Shown: positions 1 through 9,671 of the stretch, piece after piece
How positions within the stretch are numbered: the stretch's first letter is position 1
Layout of the letters: every line of letters starts with the position of its first letter
Source of the DNA: a virus
Taxonomy: Duplodnaviria; Heunggongvirae; Uroviricota; Caudoviricetes
Strand: one strand, 5' to 3'
Virus record (IMG/VR): IMGVR_UViG_2529293239_000011
DNA length: 13,319 nucleotides
Program-made: the position numbers and the translations under genes
Notes under the pieces: model-generated
Told to the model about the DNA's origin: nothing
Databases searched by the model: none
Seen by the model: only the letters and a program-made list of their open reading frames with translations

Positions 1-1236
1 CTACGATAACCGCGCATTCAACATGGCTATCTGTTCGTCGTTCATGTCATCAATCCACATACCGTAAATTTCATACACCATTTGCGCAGTTTCATGCCCC
101 ATCTGGCTGGCTATAAATGCCGGGTTCGCTCCTGCCGTCAACAGCCAGCAGGCAAAAGTATGTCGCGTATGGTACGGATTACGGCGGCGAATACCAGCAC
201 GTTTTACTGCTGCATTCCATCTTGCACCCAAACTGCTTACCGAGTAATAAGGTTTCTGTTTTTCGTTACACACCCTGGGCATGAAAACAAAATGCAGTTT
301 TTGCTTTTCAGTTCTGCCGTACTCCCGATGATAAAAAGTGATTTCGCTTTTGCGATGATGCCCGGTCAGTTTGTATTGCTCCTTCAGTGCTTCAAGAGCC
401 GGCTGCAGTAATGTTACCGTCCGGATCCCGGCATTTGTTTTTGGGGGACCGAACATATCAAGTATCGTCAGGTTTCTTCTGACATTCACAATTCCCTTCT
501 CGAAATCCACATCCTCCCACGCCAGAGCTGCCAGTTCCCCGTGACGAAGCCCGGAGTAAACGGCAAATTTCCACAAGTTTTGGCTCTGTCCTTTTTCACT
601 TTCCATTAATGCATTGAATTCTGTTTTAGATAACGGGTCAGGTTTTATTCTGTTTCGCTGTAATTTTTTTACTCCTTCAAATGGTTTGGTTGATATAAAT
701 CCCGACTGATACGCAAAACGTAACAACGAACAGAGCAGGGCGATATAGCTATCAACTGTGCGCACGGTTCTTCCTTTTTTGTTGGATCTTGGATTATCTA
801 GGTAAAGCGTTTCTCCATGCAGCAGTTCATTCCGGTAGTTTAAGATATCGCTATAACGAATATGCGATATCGGGGTACTCTCACAAATTATTATCCTGAG
901 TGTTTTTAATTGTGATTTCGTTTTCTTCATTGTGTTTGTTGTTAACTCTGTCTCTTTAATTTTTGTCCAGATATCACAAAGCTCCCCGAATGTTTTTATG
1001 ACCCTCGTTGTCACCATTTTTGCCCCAGTGCTGGACTGGGGAAAACGTCTTAAATACTCAAATTCACCGGAACTGATTTCATGAACTATCAACGCTCTTA
1101 AATTCCCGGCCTTTTTAATGTTACTGTTAGTAATCTCCCAGCCTTTCAATGTTTCCCGACATCGTTTTCCTCGAAACATGAACCAGATGCGAATGTATTT
1201 ACCTCGAATCTCGACACCTGTTGGTAATTTAGACAT
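1..1236 (-). CDS. int: Tyrosine-type site-specific integrase (phage/island integrase), about 411 aa
   Basis: Long minus-strand ORF with tyrosine-recombinase hallmarks near the C-terminus (RHGELAALAWEDVDFE, HTRHTFACW, C-terminal Tyr region). The six-frame track starts at a GTG at 1272 that lies inside the IS600 left end, so I place the start at the ATG whose reverse complement is 1234..1236 (MSKLPTGVEIRGKY...). Stop codon is at 1..3. Confidence 0.8.
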   Translation of the reverse strand: MSKLPTGVEIRGKYIRIWFMFRGKRCRETLKGWEITNSNIKKAGNLRALIVHEISSGEFEYLRRFPQSSTGAKMVTTRVIKTFGELCDIWTKIKETELTTNTMKKTKSQLKTLRIIICESTPISHIRYSDILNYRNELLHGETLYLDNPRSNKKGRTVRTVDSYIALLCSLLRFAYQSGFISTKPFEGVKKLQRNRIKPDPLSKTEFNALMESEKGQSQNLWKFAVYSGLRHGELAALAWEDVDFEKGIVNVRRNLTILDMFGPPKTNAGIRTVTLLQPALEALKEQYKLTGHHRKSEITFYHREYGRTEKQKLHFVFMPRVCNEKQKPYYSVSSLGARWNAAVKRAGIRRRNPYHTRHTFACWLLTAGANPAFIASQMGHETAQMVYEIYGMWIDDMNDEQIAMLNARLS

Positions 1237-1310
1237 ATCATGAGTCTGAGGTAGCCTGAGTTTAACGGACACTCCTTCCTGAAATAGAATGGCATCAGAA
1301 GGAGCTAATA

Positions 1311-1613
1311 ATGAGCAGAAAAAACCAACGTTACTCTAAAGAGTTCAAAGCCGAAGCTGTCAGAACGGTTCTTGAAAATCAACTTTCGATCAGTGAAGGC
1401 GCTTCCCGATTATCCCTTCCTGAAGGCACTTTAGGACAATGGGTTACCGCCGCCAGAAAAGGGCTCGGTACTCCTGGTTCCCGCACGGTGGCTGAACTGG
1501 AATCTGAAATTCTGCAACTGCGTAAGGCGTTAAATGAAGCTCGCCTTGAGCGAGATATATTAAAAAAAGCAACAGCGTATTTTGCACAGGAGTCGCTGAA
1601 AAATACGCGTTAA
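1311..1613 (+). CDS. IS600 OrfA (transposase N-terminal, DNA-binding part), 100 aa
   Basis: Protein identical to the OrfA of the complete IS600 copy at 6173..6475; recognised as IS3-family OrfA. Confidence 0.9.
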   Translation: MSRKNQRYSKEFKAEAVRTVLENQLSISEGASRLSLPEGTLGQWVTAARKGLGTPGSRTVAELESEILQLRKALNEARLERDILKKATAYFAQESLKNTR

Positions 1614-1648
1614 TCGAACAATGGCGACAACAATTTCCCATTGAAGCG

Positions 1649-1875
1649 ATGTGTCAGGTATTTGGTGTATCCAGGAGCGGTTATTACAACTGGGTACAGC
1701 ATGAACCCTCAGACAGAAAACAAAGTGATGAGCGGCTAAAACTGGAGATTAAGGTGGCACATATCCGCACTCGCGAAACATATGGAACCCGGCGGCTCCA
1801 GACGGAGCTGGCAGAGAATGGCATCATCGTTGGTCGTGACCGACTGGCACGTCTTCGTAAGGAGCTAAGGCTACG
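1649..1875 (+). pseudogene. IS600 orfB, truncated after about 76 codons by the IS629 insertion
   Basis: Matches the N-terminus of the intact OrfB at 6511.. up to ...RKELRLR, then diverges into the IS629 terminal sequence. Confidence 0.85.
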
Positions 1876-1929
1876 TGAACCGCCCCGGGAATCCTGGAGA
1901 CTAAACTTCCTGAGAAAGAGGTAAACAGG

Positions 1930-2252
1930 ATGACTAAAAATACTCGTTTTTCCCCCGAAGTCCGTCAGAGGGCGATTCGTATGGTTCTGGAAAGTCAGGG
2001 CGAATATGACTCACAGTGGGCGGCAATTTGTTCCATTGCCCCAAAGATTGGCTGTACACCGGAGACTCTGCGTGTCTGGGTACGCCAGCATGAGCGGGAT
2101 ACCGGAGGCGGTGATGGCGGGCTCACCACCGCTGAACGTCAGCGTCTGAAAGAGCTGGAACGTGAAAATCGTGAACTGCGCCGCAGTAACGATATCCTTC
2201 GCCAGGCTTCCGCTTATTTTGCGAAGGCGGAGTTCGACCGCCTCTGGAAAAA

Positions 2253-2256
<4 letters not shown>
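1930..2256 (+). CDS. IS629 OrfA, 108 aa
   Basis: [33 protein letters not shown]..., recognised as IS629 OrfA with a helix-turn-helix and coiled-coil. Confidence 0.9.
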
Positions 2257-3494
<1,238 letters not shown>

Positions 3495-3622
3495 TGGAGC
3501 ACCTGTGTTGTTCTGAGGTGAGCATATCACCTCTGTTCAGGTGGCCAAATTCAGTGTGCCACTTCAGCCCGAAAGGGCGGGGAGCAGTCACACATCTGTT
3601 TCCGATAGCCCCGTTCTAATGC

Positions 3623-3628
3623 TACACT
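3623..3628 (+). promoter_or_regulatory. Candidate extended -10 element (TGcTACACT) upstream of the QueH-like gene
   Basis: TG at 3620..3621 followed by hexamer TACACT; no convincing -35 or Shine-Dalgarno nearby, so weak. Confidence 0.25.
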
Positions 3629-3641
3629 CTTTGATATTTTT

Positions 3642-4328
3642 ATGACCCCAATAAACATATTTATGACAGTTGCTGATTTCAAACGGCCCAAATTGGAGCT
3701 CCCAAACGGGGCAAACAAACTACTACTGCACTCTTGCTGTGCTCCATGTTCCGGTGAGGTGATGGAGGCGCTTCAGGCCTCGGGAATCGACTACACCATC
3801 TTTTTCTACAACCCGAACATTCATCCTCAGAAAGAGTATTTAATTCGTAAGGATGAGAATATTCGCTTTGCTGAACAACACGGCGTGCCGTTTATTGATG
3901 CTGATTACGACACAGACAACTGGTTTGAACGAGCCAAAGGAATGGAATGGGAGCCCGAACGAGGGATCCGTTGCACCATGTGTTTTGACATGCGTTTTGA
4001 GCGGACAGCGCTGTACGCCGCTGAAAATGGTTTCAGTGTGATCAGCAGTTCACTGGGCATTTCACGCTGGAAAAATATGCAGCAGGTTAACGACTGTGGG
4101 CGGCGAGCCGTCGCGCATTATCCGGGCATGGTGTACTGGGATTATAACTGGCGCAAGCAGGGAGGCTCGTCCCGTATGATTGAAATCAGCAAGCGCGAAA
4201 AATTCTATCAGCAGGAATATTGTGGCTGTGTGTATTCTCTGCGCGATACCAATCTACACCGCAAATCTCAGGGACGCCCTCTTATCAAAATTGGTCAACT
4301 CCACTACGGTAAAGAAGAGAAGGAGTGA
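3642..4328 (+). CDS. queH: QueH-like epoxyqueuosine reductase (DUF208 family), 228 aa (alternative start at 3663)
   Basis: Contains motifs I associate with DUF208/QueH: [12 protein letters not shown] near the N-terminus, [26 protein letters not shown] and QEYCGCVYS. Neither candidate ATG has a good Shine-Dalgarno. Confidence 0.6.
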   Translation: MTPINIFMTVADFKRPKLELPNGANKLLLHSCCAPCSGEVMEALQASGIDYTIFFYNPNIHPQKEYLIRKDENIRFAEQHGVPFIDADYDTDNWFERAKGMEWEPERGIRCTMCFDMRFERTALYAAENGFSVISSSLGISRWKNMQQVNDCGRRAVAHYPGMVYWDYNWRKQGGSSRMIEISKREKFYQQEYCGCVYSLRDTNLHRKSQGRPLIKIGQLHYGKEEKE

Positions 4329-4350
4329 TTTTATGGGGCACCTTTCTGAT

Positions 4351-4380
4351 TGATTTCATATTGGCGAGGTAAGTAGAATG
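4351..4380 (+). promoter_or_regulatory. Candidate hok mRNA promoter (-35 TTGATT at 4351..4356, -10 TAGAAT at 4375..4380)
   Basis: Sigma70-like hexamers with 18-bp spacing; predicted start near 4387 coincides with GGGUGCUUGAGG, which resembles the 5' end of plasmid R1 hok mRNA. Confidence 0.45.
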
Positions 4381-4395
4381 ACTGCGGGTGCTTGA

Positions 4396-4440
4396 GGCTA
4401 TCTGCTTCAGGCTATCTGCTTCAGGCTATCTGCTTCAGGC
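4396..4440 (+). repeat. Tandem direct repeat, 14-bp unit GGCTATCTGCTTCA in 3.2 copies, within the predicted hok mRNA 5' leader
   Basis: Perfect copies at 4396..4409, 4410..4423 and 4424..4437, plus partial GGC; a partial inverse (GGCAGATAG) follows at about 4454. Confidence 0.9.
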
Positions 4441-4526
4441 ATGAACACCAAAAGGCAGATAGAGAAAAGCCCCAGTTAACATTACGCGTCCGGCAAGACG
4501 CTTAACATTAATCTGAGGCCAATTTC

Positions 4527-4739
4527 ATGCTTTGCACATGTAGGTTAGCCTCTTACATGCCGAAAGGCAAGGAGAAGCAGGCTATGAAGCAGCAAAAGGC
4601 GATGTTAATCGCCCTGATCGTCATCTGTTTAACCGTCATAGTGACGGCACTGGTAACGAGGAAAGACCTCTGTGAGGTACGAATCCGAACCGGCCAGACG
4701 GAGGTCGCTGTCTTCGTAGACTACGAATCCAGGAAGTAA
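4527..4739 (+). CDS. mok: Mok-like overlapping reading frame (modulator of killing), 70 aa, in-frame N-terminal extension of hok
   Basis: ORF MLCTCRLASYMPKGKEKQA followed by the hok sequence; same arrangement as mokC/hokC in E. coli K-12. Confidence 0.55.
   Translation: MLCTCRLASYMPKGKEKQAMKQQKAMLIALIVICLTVIVTALVTRKDLCEVRIRTGQTEVAVFVDYESRK
4584..4739 (+). CDS. hok: Hok/Gef family type I toxin (small membrane toxin), 51 aa
   Basis: MKQQKAMLIALIVICLTVIVTALVTRKDLCEVRIRTGQTEVAVFVDYESRK closely resembles HokD/RelF and HokC/Gef; AAGGAG Shine-Dalgarno 8 nt upstream; GC hairpin right after the stop (4748..4775). Confidence 0.85.
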   Translation: MKQQKAMLIALIVICLTVIVTALVTRKDLCEVRIRTGQTEVAVFVDYESRK

Positions 4740-4795
4740 GAGTGACCGGGCGGGGAGCTGATCCCATCCCCGCCCACCTCTGATGTGTCAGGCAT

Positions 4796-4808
4796 CCTCA
4801 ACGCACCC
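4796..4808 (+). other. Candidate fbi (fold-back inhibition) element of hok mRNA, complementary to its 5' end
   Basis: CCTCAACGCACCC is near-complementary to the 5' end GGGTGCTTGAGG at 4386..4397. Confidence 0.4.
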
Positions 4809-4816
4809 GCACTTAA

Positions 4817-4859
4817 CCCGCCCATCGCTGTGATCTCTCAGCGTTTCGGCGGGTTTTTT
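4817..4859 (+). terminator. Rho-independent terminator, likely the hok mRNA 3' end
   Basis: Nested stem (CCCGCC...GGCGGG with inner CGCTG...CAGCG) followed by TTTTTT. Confidence 0.55.
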
Positions 4860-4879
4860 GTTGTTTATTTCCGGTGAAT

Positions 4880-4907
4880 TTGATTCGCGCACCTTCGCAG
4901 ATAGAAT
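4880..4907 (+). promoter_or_regulatory. Candidate sigma70 promoter (-35 TTGATT, 16-bp spacer, -10 TAGAAT) upstream of the orphan ORF
   Basis: Hexamers at 4880..4885 and 4902..4907. Confidence 0.35.
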
Positions 4908-4988
4908 CGACTCACTTAAGTAGCGCGCAGGGAGAAGAGGGATGGACCCCGAACAGGGGAGAGCTATTTATCTGGAAGGATTCTGAAG

Positions 4989-5276
4989 ATGAAAATCGAA
5001 GAATTGCGTGAAATTTTTAGTGAAAATGGCCTCTATGCTGTGCGCGTTGAGAATGGAGCGATTGTCAGCCATTGCCGCATTAGATGTTTGCAATCTCAAC
5101 AAAGGAAGAGCGGTGCTGTGTTATTTTATTTTTGTAATGGACTTCTGACGGACGGTTTTATTTTGCGTGAGGACGAATTTGTCACATCATTACGGGTTTT
5201 GAAAGAGATTGGTTTTAAGGCTGGTTTTCTGCTTTTGCTGAAGAATAAACTCATCTACAATCTTGAGCAGGATTGA
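4989..5276 (+). CDS. Hypothetical protein, 95 aa, no family recognised
   Basis: ATG start with GGAAGGA Shine-Dalgarno-like sequence upstream; closely spaced with the next gene in the same orientation. Confidence 0.45.
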   Translation: MKIEELREIFSENGLYAVRVENGAIVSHCRIRCLQSQQRKSGAVLFYFCNGLLTDGFILREDEFVTSLRVLKEIGFKAGFLLLLKNKLIYNLEQD

Positions 5277-5314
5277 ACTCCTGCTGTGTAACACCGTGCC
5301 ACCGGAGAAAGCCG

Positions 5315-5914
5315 ATGGCGCATATACAACTGATCAAACAAACCTCTTCCGGATTACTTCTCCCGGCGACGCCGGAGAGTTGCGATTTTCTGCATCAAAT
5401 CAAAACAGGTGAGTGGATACACGCAGACTTTAAGCGTGTGCGTAACTACGCATTCCACAAGCGTTTTTTCAAACTCCTGCAACTGGGATTCGATTACTGG
5501 ACTCCGATCGGTGGGGCGATTACGCCTCGCGAACGAGAACTGGTATCAGGCTTCGTTGAGTACCTGTGCGAATCAGTAGGCCGGGAACATACGCCAGCTC
5601 TGAGCGAAGCCGCAGAGCAATATCTGAATACAGTTGCGACACGCAGAACCCGAGATACAGCATTGCTAAAGTCGTTTGAGGCTTTCCGCGAGTGGGTAAC
5701 CATTCAGGCCGGATTTTACACCGAGCATATTTATCCGGACGGTAGCCGTGGGCGCAGGGCGAAATCCATCTCGTTTGCGAATATGGACGAAACCGAGTTT
5801 CAGCAGGTTTATAAATCTGTGCTGAATGTACTGTGGAACTGGATCCTGTTCCGTAAATTTTCCTCTCCGGAACAAGTCGAAAATGTGGCCGCGCAGCTAC
5901 TGGAGTTTGCGTAA
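5315..5914 (+). CDS. Lambdoid prophage nin-region-like protein (possibly DUF1367 family), 199 aa
   Basis: ATG at 5315 preceded by GGAGAAAG Shine-Dalgarno (the track ORF uses an upstream TTG); stop overlaps the next ORF start (TAATG). The family assignment is from memory and uncertain. Confidence 0.5.
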   Translation: MAHIQLIKQTSSGLLLPATPESCDFLHQIKTGEWIHADFKRVRNYAFHKRFFKLLQLGFDYWTPIGGAITPRERELVSGFVEYLCESVGREHTPALSEAAEQYLNTVATRRTRDTALLKSFEAFREWVTIQAGFYTEHIYPDGSRGRRAKSISFANMDETEFQQVYKSVLNVLWNWILFRKFSSPEQVENVAAQLLEFA

Positions 5915-6108
5915 TGGTGGATTTACGTAAAGCGGCGCGGGGGCAGATGTGCACCGTCAGAATTCCTGGCTACTGCAATCACGATCCGGAAACGTCTGTG
6001 CTGGCGCATTACCGACTGGCGGGTAAAAACAAGCGATTACACCAAAGAAGAATTACGCCTGATGCATGCAGAAGGTGTTTTTCGCACGCAAGAAATCTGG
6101 AGAAAGGA
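5914..6108 (+). pseudogene. ybcO-like (DUF1364) prophage gene remnant: N-terminal part in one frame, C-terminal part in the +1 frame, 3' end hit by IS600
   Basis: Frame 1 gives MVDLRKAARGQMCTVRIPGYCNHDPETSVLAHYRL (YbcO-like N-terminus); frame 2 from about 6020 gives ...SDYTKEELRLMHAEGVFRTQEIWRK, resembling the recalled YbcO C-terminus. The Cys-rich middle appears deleted. Confidence 0.45.
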
Positions 6109-6172
6109 TGAGGTAGCCTGAGTTTAACGGACACTCCTTCCTGAAATAGAATGGCATCAGAAGGAGCTAATA

Positions 6173-6475
6173 ATGAGCAGAAAAAACCAACGTTACTCTA
6201 AAGAGTTCAAAGCCGAAGCTGTCAGAACGGTTCTTGAAAATCAACTTTCGATCAGTGAAGGCGCTTCCCGATTATCCCTTCCTGAAGGCACTTTAGGACA
6301 ATGGGTTACCGCCGCCAGAAAAGGGCTCGGTACTCCTGGTTCCCGCACGGTGGCTGAACTGGAATCTGAAATTCTGCAACTGCGTAAGGCGTTAAATGAA
6401 GCTCGCCTTGAGCGAGATATATTAAAAAAAGCAACAGCGTATTTTGCACAGGAGTCGCTGAAAAATACGCGTTAA
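6173..6475 (+). CDS. IS600 OrfA, 100 aa
   Basis: Identical to the copy at 1311..1613. Confidence 0.9.
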   Translation: MSRKNQRYSKEFKAEAVRTVLENQLSISEGASRLSLPEGTLGQWVTAARKGLGTPGSRTVAELESEILQLRKALNEARLERDILKKATAYFAQESLKNTR

Positions 6476-6510
6476 TCGAACAATGGCGACAACAATTTCC
6501 CATTGAAGCG

Positions 6511-7329
6511 ATGTGTCAGGTATTTGGTGTATCCAGGAGCGGTTATTACAACTGGGTACAGCATGAACCCTCAGACAGAAAACAAAGTGATGAGCGGCTA
6601 AAACTGGAGATTAAGGTGGCACATATCCGCACTCGCGAAACATATGGAACCCGGCGGCTCCAGACGGAGCTGGCAGAGAATGGCATCATCGTTGGTCGTG
6701 ACCGACTGGCACGTCTTCGTAAGGAGCTAAGGCTACGCTGTAAGCAGAAACGCAAGTTCAGAGCGACTACGAACCCGAACCACAATCTGCCAGTTGCGCC
6801 AAATCTGCTGAACCAGACGTTCGCTCCTACAGCACCAAATCAGGTCTGGGTGGCGGACCTGACGTATGTTGCCACACAGGAGGGATGGTTGTACCTCGCT
6901 GGCATCAAAGATGTTTATACGTGCGAAATTGTCGGCTACGCCATGGGAGAGCGCATGACAAAAGAGCTGACAGGTAAAGCCCTGTTTATGGCGCTCAGGA
7001 GCCAGCGCCCACCTGCCGGGCTAATCCACCACTCTGATCGAGGTTCACAGTACTGCGCATACGATTACCGGGTCATACAGGAGCAGTCTGGTCTGAAAAC
7101 ATCAATGTCACGTAAAGGTCACTGTTACGACAACGCTCCGATGGAAAGCTTCTGGGGAACGCTGAAAAATGAGAGCCTGAGCCACTATCGTTTTAATAAC
7201 CGGGATGAAGCCATCTCAGTAATACGGGAATACATTGAGATTTTCTACAATCGTCAGCGTCGTCACTCTCGTCTGGGGAATATCTCCCCGGCAGCCTTCA
7301 GGGAAAAATATCATCAGATGGCTGCTTAA
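6511..7329 (+). CDS. IS600 OrfB (DDE transposase catalytic domain), 272 aa
   Basis: Contains VWVADLTYV, HHSDRGSQY and YDNAPMESF catalytic-region motifs. Confidence 0.9.
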   Translation: MCQVFGVSRSGYYNWVQHEPSDRKQSDERLKLEIKVAHIRTRETYGTRRLQTELAENGIIVGRDRLARLRKELRLRCKQKRKFRATTNPNHNLPVAPNLLNQTFAPTAPNQVWVADLTYVATQEGWLYLAGIKDVYTCEIVGYAMGERMTKELTGKALFMALRSQRPPAGLIHHSDRGSQYCAYDYRVIQEQSGLKTSMSRKGHCYDNAPMESFWGTLKNESLSHYRFNNRDEAISVIREYIEIFYNRQRRHSRLGNISPAAFREKYHQMAA

Positions 7330-7384
7330 AAAAAGAACAAATGGTAGTGTCCGCTATTGCCAGTACACCTCAGGAAGGTTATTT

Positions 7385-7939
7385 ATGATTTACCCAACAA
7401 ATACAGGCAAAAGCGGGGAACACCTTCGTCTCACCACGCTGGAAAGTGTCTGGATTCAGGGAAAACTGCGCATGTGGGGGCGCTGGTCGTATATTGGCGG
7501 CGGTAAGACGGGGAATATGTTCAACCAGTTGTTGGCCTCTAAAAAGCTGACAAAAACGGCAATTAACGAGGCGCTCCGGAGGATGAAAAAAGCAGGTCTG
7601 AACAAGTCTGAACTTGAGGCTTTTTTGCGGGATATGATTAACGGTAAGCAAAAGAGCTGGCTGGCGCATTGTACTGATGCAGAGGCGTTATGTATTGATC
7701 GGGTCATAAGTGAGGTGCTGGCAGAGCATCCAGGATTGATTAGCGTCCTTCGGCAACGGTATGAGGGGCGGGGGATGACCAAACGCAAAATGGCTGAACT
7801 GCTGAATGATGCACACCCGAAATGGAGTTTAAGAACCTGTGAAAGACGCATTGAGCATTGGCTAAAGGTGGCAGAATTTATTTTGTACAAACCAATGGTT
7901 ATGGCTTTTGGTATAGAGAAAAAAGTTATTGCTTTTTGA
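7385..7939 (+). CDS. Late-gene antiterminator Q-like protein, 184 aa
   Basis: ATG at 7385 with AGGAAGG Shine-Dalgarno; an RWG-W motif near the N-terminus like Stx-phage Q as I recall it; followed by a short intergenic region, a strong terminator and tRNA genes, as in lambdoid late-control regions. The track ORF start at 7235 is read-through from IS600 and is rejected. Confidence 0.55.
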   Translation: MIYPTNTGKSGEHLRLTTLESVWIQGKLRMWGRWSYIGGGKTGNMFNQLLASKKLTKTAINEALRRMKKAGLNKSELEAFLRDMINGKQKSWLAHCTDAEALCIDRVISEVLAEHPGLISVLRQRYEGRGMTKRKMAELLNDAHPKWSLRTCERRIEHWLKVAEFILYKPMVMAFGIEKKVIAF

Positions 7940-8016
7940 CGTAAAAACTGCTTCAATTCTTGTACGCTTCGCAAAGCTGTACCGCGAGGCGAATAGCAGA
8001 CATGGACATTTGAAAG

Positions 8017-8041
8017 AGCCCGCTTTATGCGGGTTTTTTTA
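8017..8041 (+). terminator. Rho-independent terminator (tR'-like) between the Q-like gene and the tRNA cluster
   Basis: Stem CCCGC / GCGGG with loop TTTAT, followed by TTTTTTT. Confidence 0.65.
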
Positions 8042-8128
8042 TACCTGAAAAACGGCACAGGACGTTAAACGTGCTGGTGGTCAGATGGGTTTGCAGATGT
8101 GATGACATATGGTTATTATTCTGCCTCC

Positions 8129-8205
8129 GGCCCTTTAGCTCAGTTGGTCAGAGCGAGCGACTCATAATCGCCAGGTCGCTGGTTCAAGTCCAGCAAGGGC
8201 CACCA
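8129..8205 (+). tRNA. tRNA with CAU anticodon, resembling E. coli ileX-type tRNA-Ile2 (cannot exclude tRNA-Met from sequence alone)
   Basis: Cloverleaf with 7-bp acceptor stem GGCCCTT/AAGGGCC, anticodon loop CTCATAA, T-loop TTCAAGT, encoded CCA. Confidence 0.85.
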
Positions 8206-8206
8206 A

Positions 8207-8283
8207 CCACCACTAGCTCATCCGGATAGAGCATCAACCTTCTAAGTTGACGGTGCGAGGTTCGAGTCCTCGGTGGTGGGCCA
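8207..8283 (+). tRNA. tRNA-Arg (anticodon UCU, reads rare AGA codons)
   Basis: Acceptor CCACCAC/GTGGTGG, anticodon stem TCAAC/GTTGA with loop CTTCTAA, T-loop TTCGAGT, encoded CCA. Confidence 0.85.
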
Positions 8284-8285
8284 GC

Positions 8286-8361
<76 letters not shown>

Positions 8362-8364
8362 TAT

Positions 8365-8425
<61 letters not shown>

Positions 8426-8497
8426 TGAAGTGGCACACTGAATTTGGCCACCTGAACAGAGGTGATATGCTCACCTCAGAACAACACAGGTGCTCCA

Positions 8498-9663
<1,166 letters not shown>

Positions 9664-9671
9664 CCACTTCA

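Larger units (their letters stand above)
1247..1875 (+). mobile_element. IS600 (IS3 family) 5' fragment, about 629 bp, truncated by IS629
   Basis: Left end TGAGGTAGCCTGAGTTTAACGGACAC and the following sequence match the complete IS600 copy at 6109.. until 1875, where the IS629 left end begins. Confidence 0.85.
6109..7372 (+). mobile_element. IS600 (IS3 family), complete, 1264 bp, flanked by a 3-bp target site duplication GGA
   Basis: Left end TGAGGTAGCCTGAG..., right end ...GTGTCCGCTATTGCCAGTACACCTCA; orfA and orfB intact; GGA at 6106..6108 and 7373..7375. Confidence 0.9.

Noticed and set aside
1237-1272. N-terminal extension of the integrase ORF in the track (start at 1272, MSVKLRLPQTHD...)
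   Set aside because: These 12 codons are encoded by the IS600 left terminal repeat and begin at a GTG; the native start is the ATG at 1234..1236.
1876-1924. Track ORF 1649..1924 continuing past the IS600 breakpoint
   Set aside because: The last 16 codons are IS629 terminal sequence read in frame by chance; the IS600 orfB is truncated at 1875.
4396-4440. CRISPR-like array suggested by the tandem 14-mers
   Set aside because: Units are directly adjacent with no spacers and far too short; the repeat lies in the hok mRNA leader.
7235-7384. Upstream extension of the Q-like ORF in the track (start at 7235)
   Set aside because: The extension is read-through from inside IS600 and across its right repeat; the start is the ATG at 7385 with a Shine-Dalgarno.
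5914-7939. Possible single fused ybcO-Q gene, since after removing IS600 the 5914 frame runs in-frame into the Q-like ORF
   Set aside because: The YbcO-like C-terminal similarity is in the other frame, which ends in an ATGA overlap with the Q start; the in-frame continuity looks like a by-product of the frameshift in the pseudogene.
8129-8205. Calling the first tRNA as tRNA-Met
   Set aside because: The CAU anticodon is ambiguous, but the body resembles ileX-type tRNA-Ile2 and it pairs with an Arg-UCU tRNA as in phage rare-codon clusters; left as Ile2-like with the ambiguity stated.
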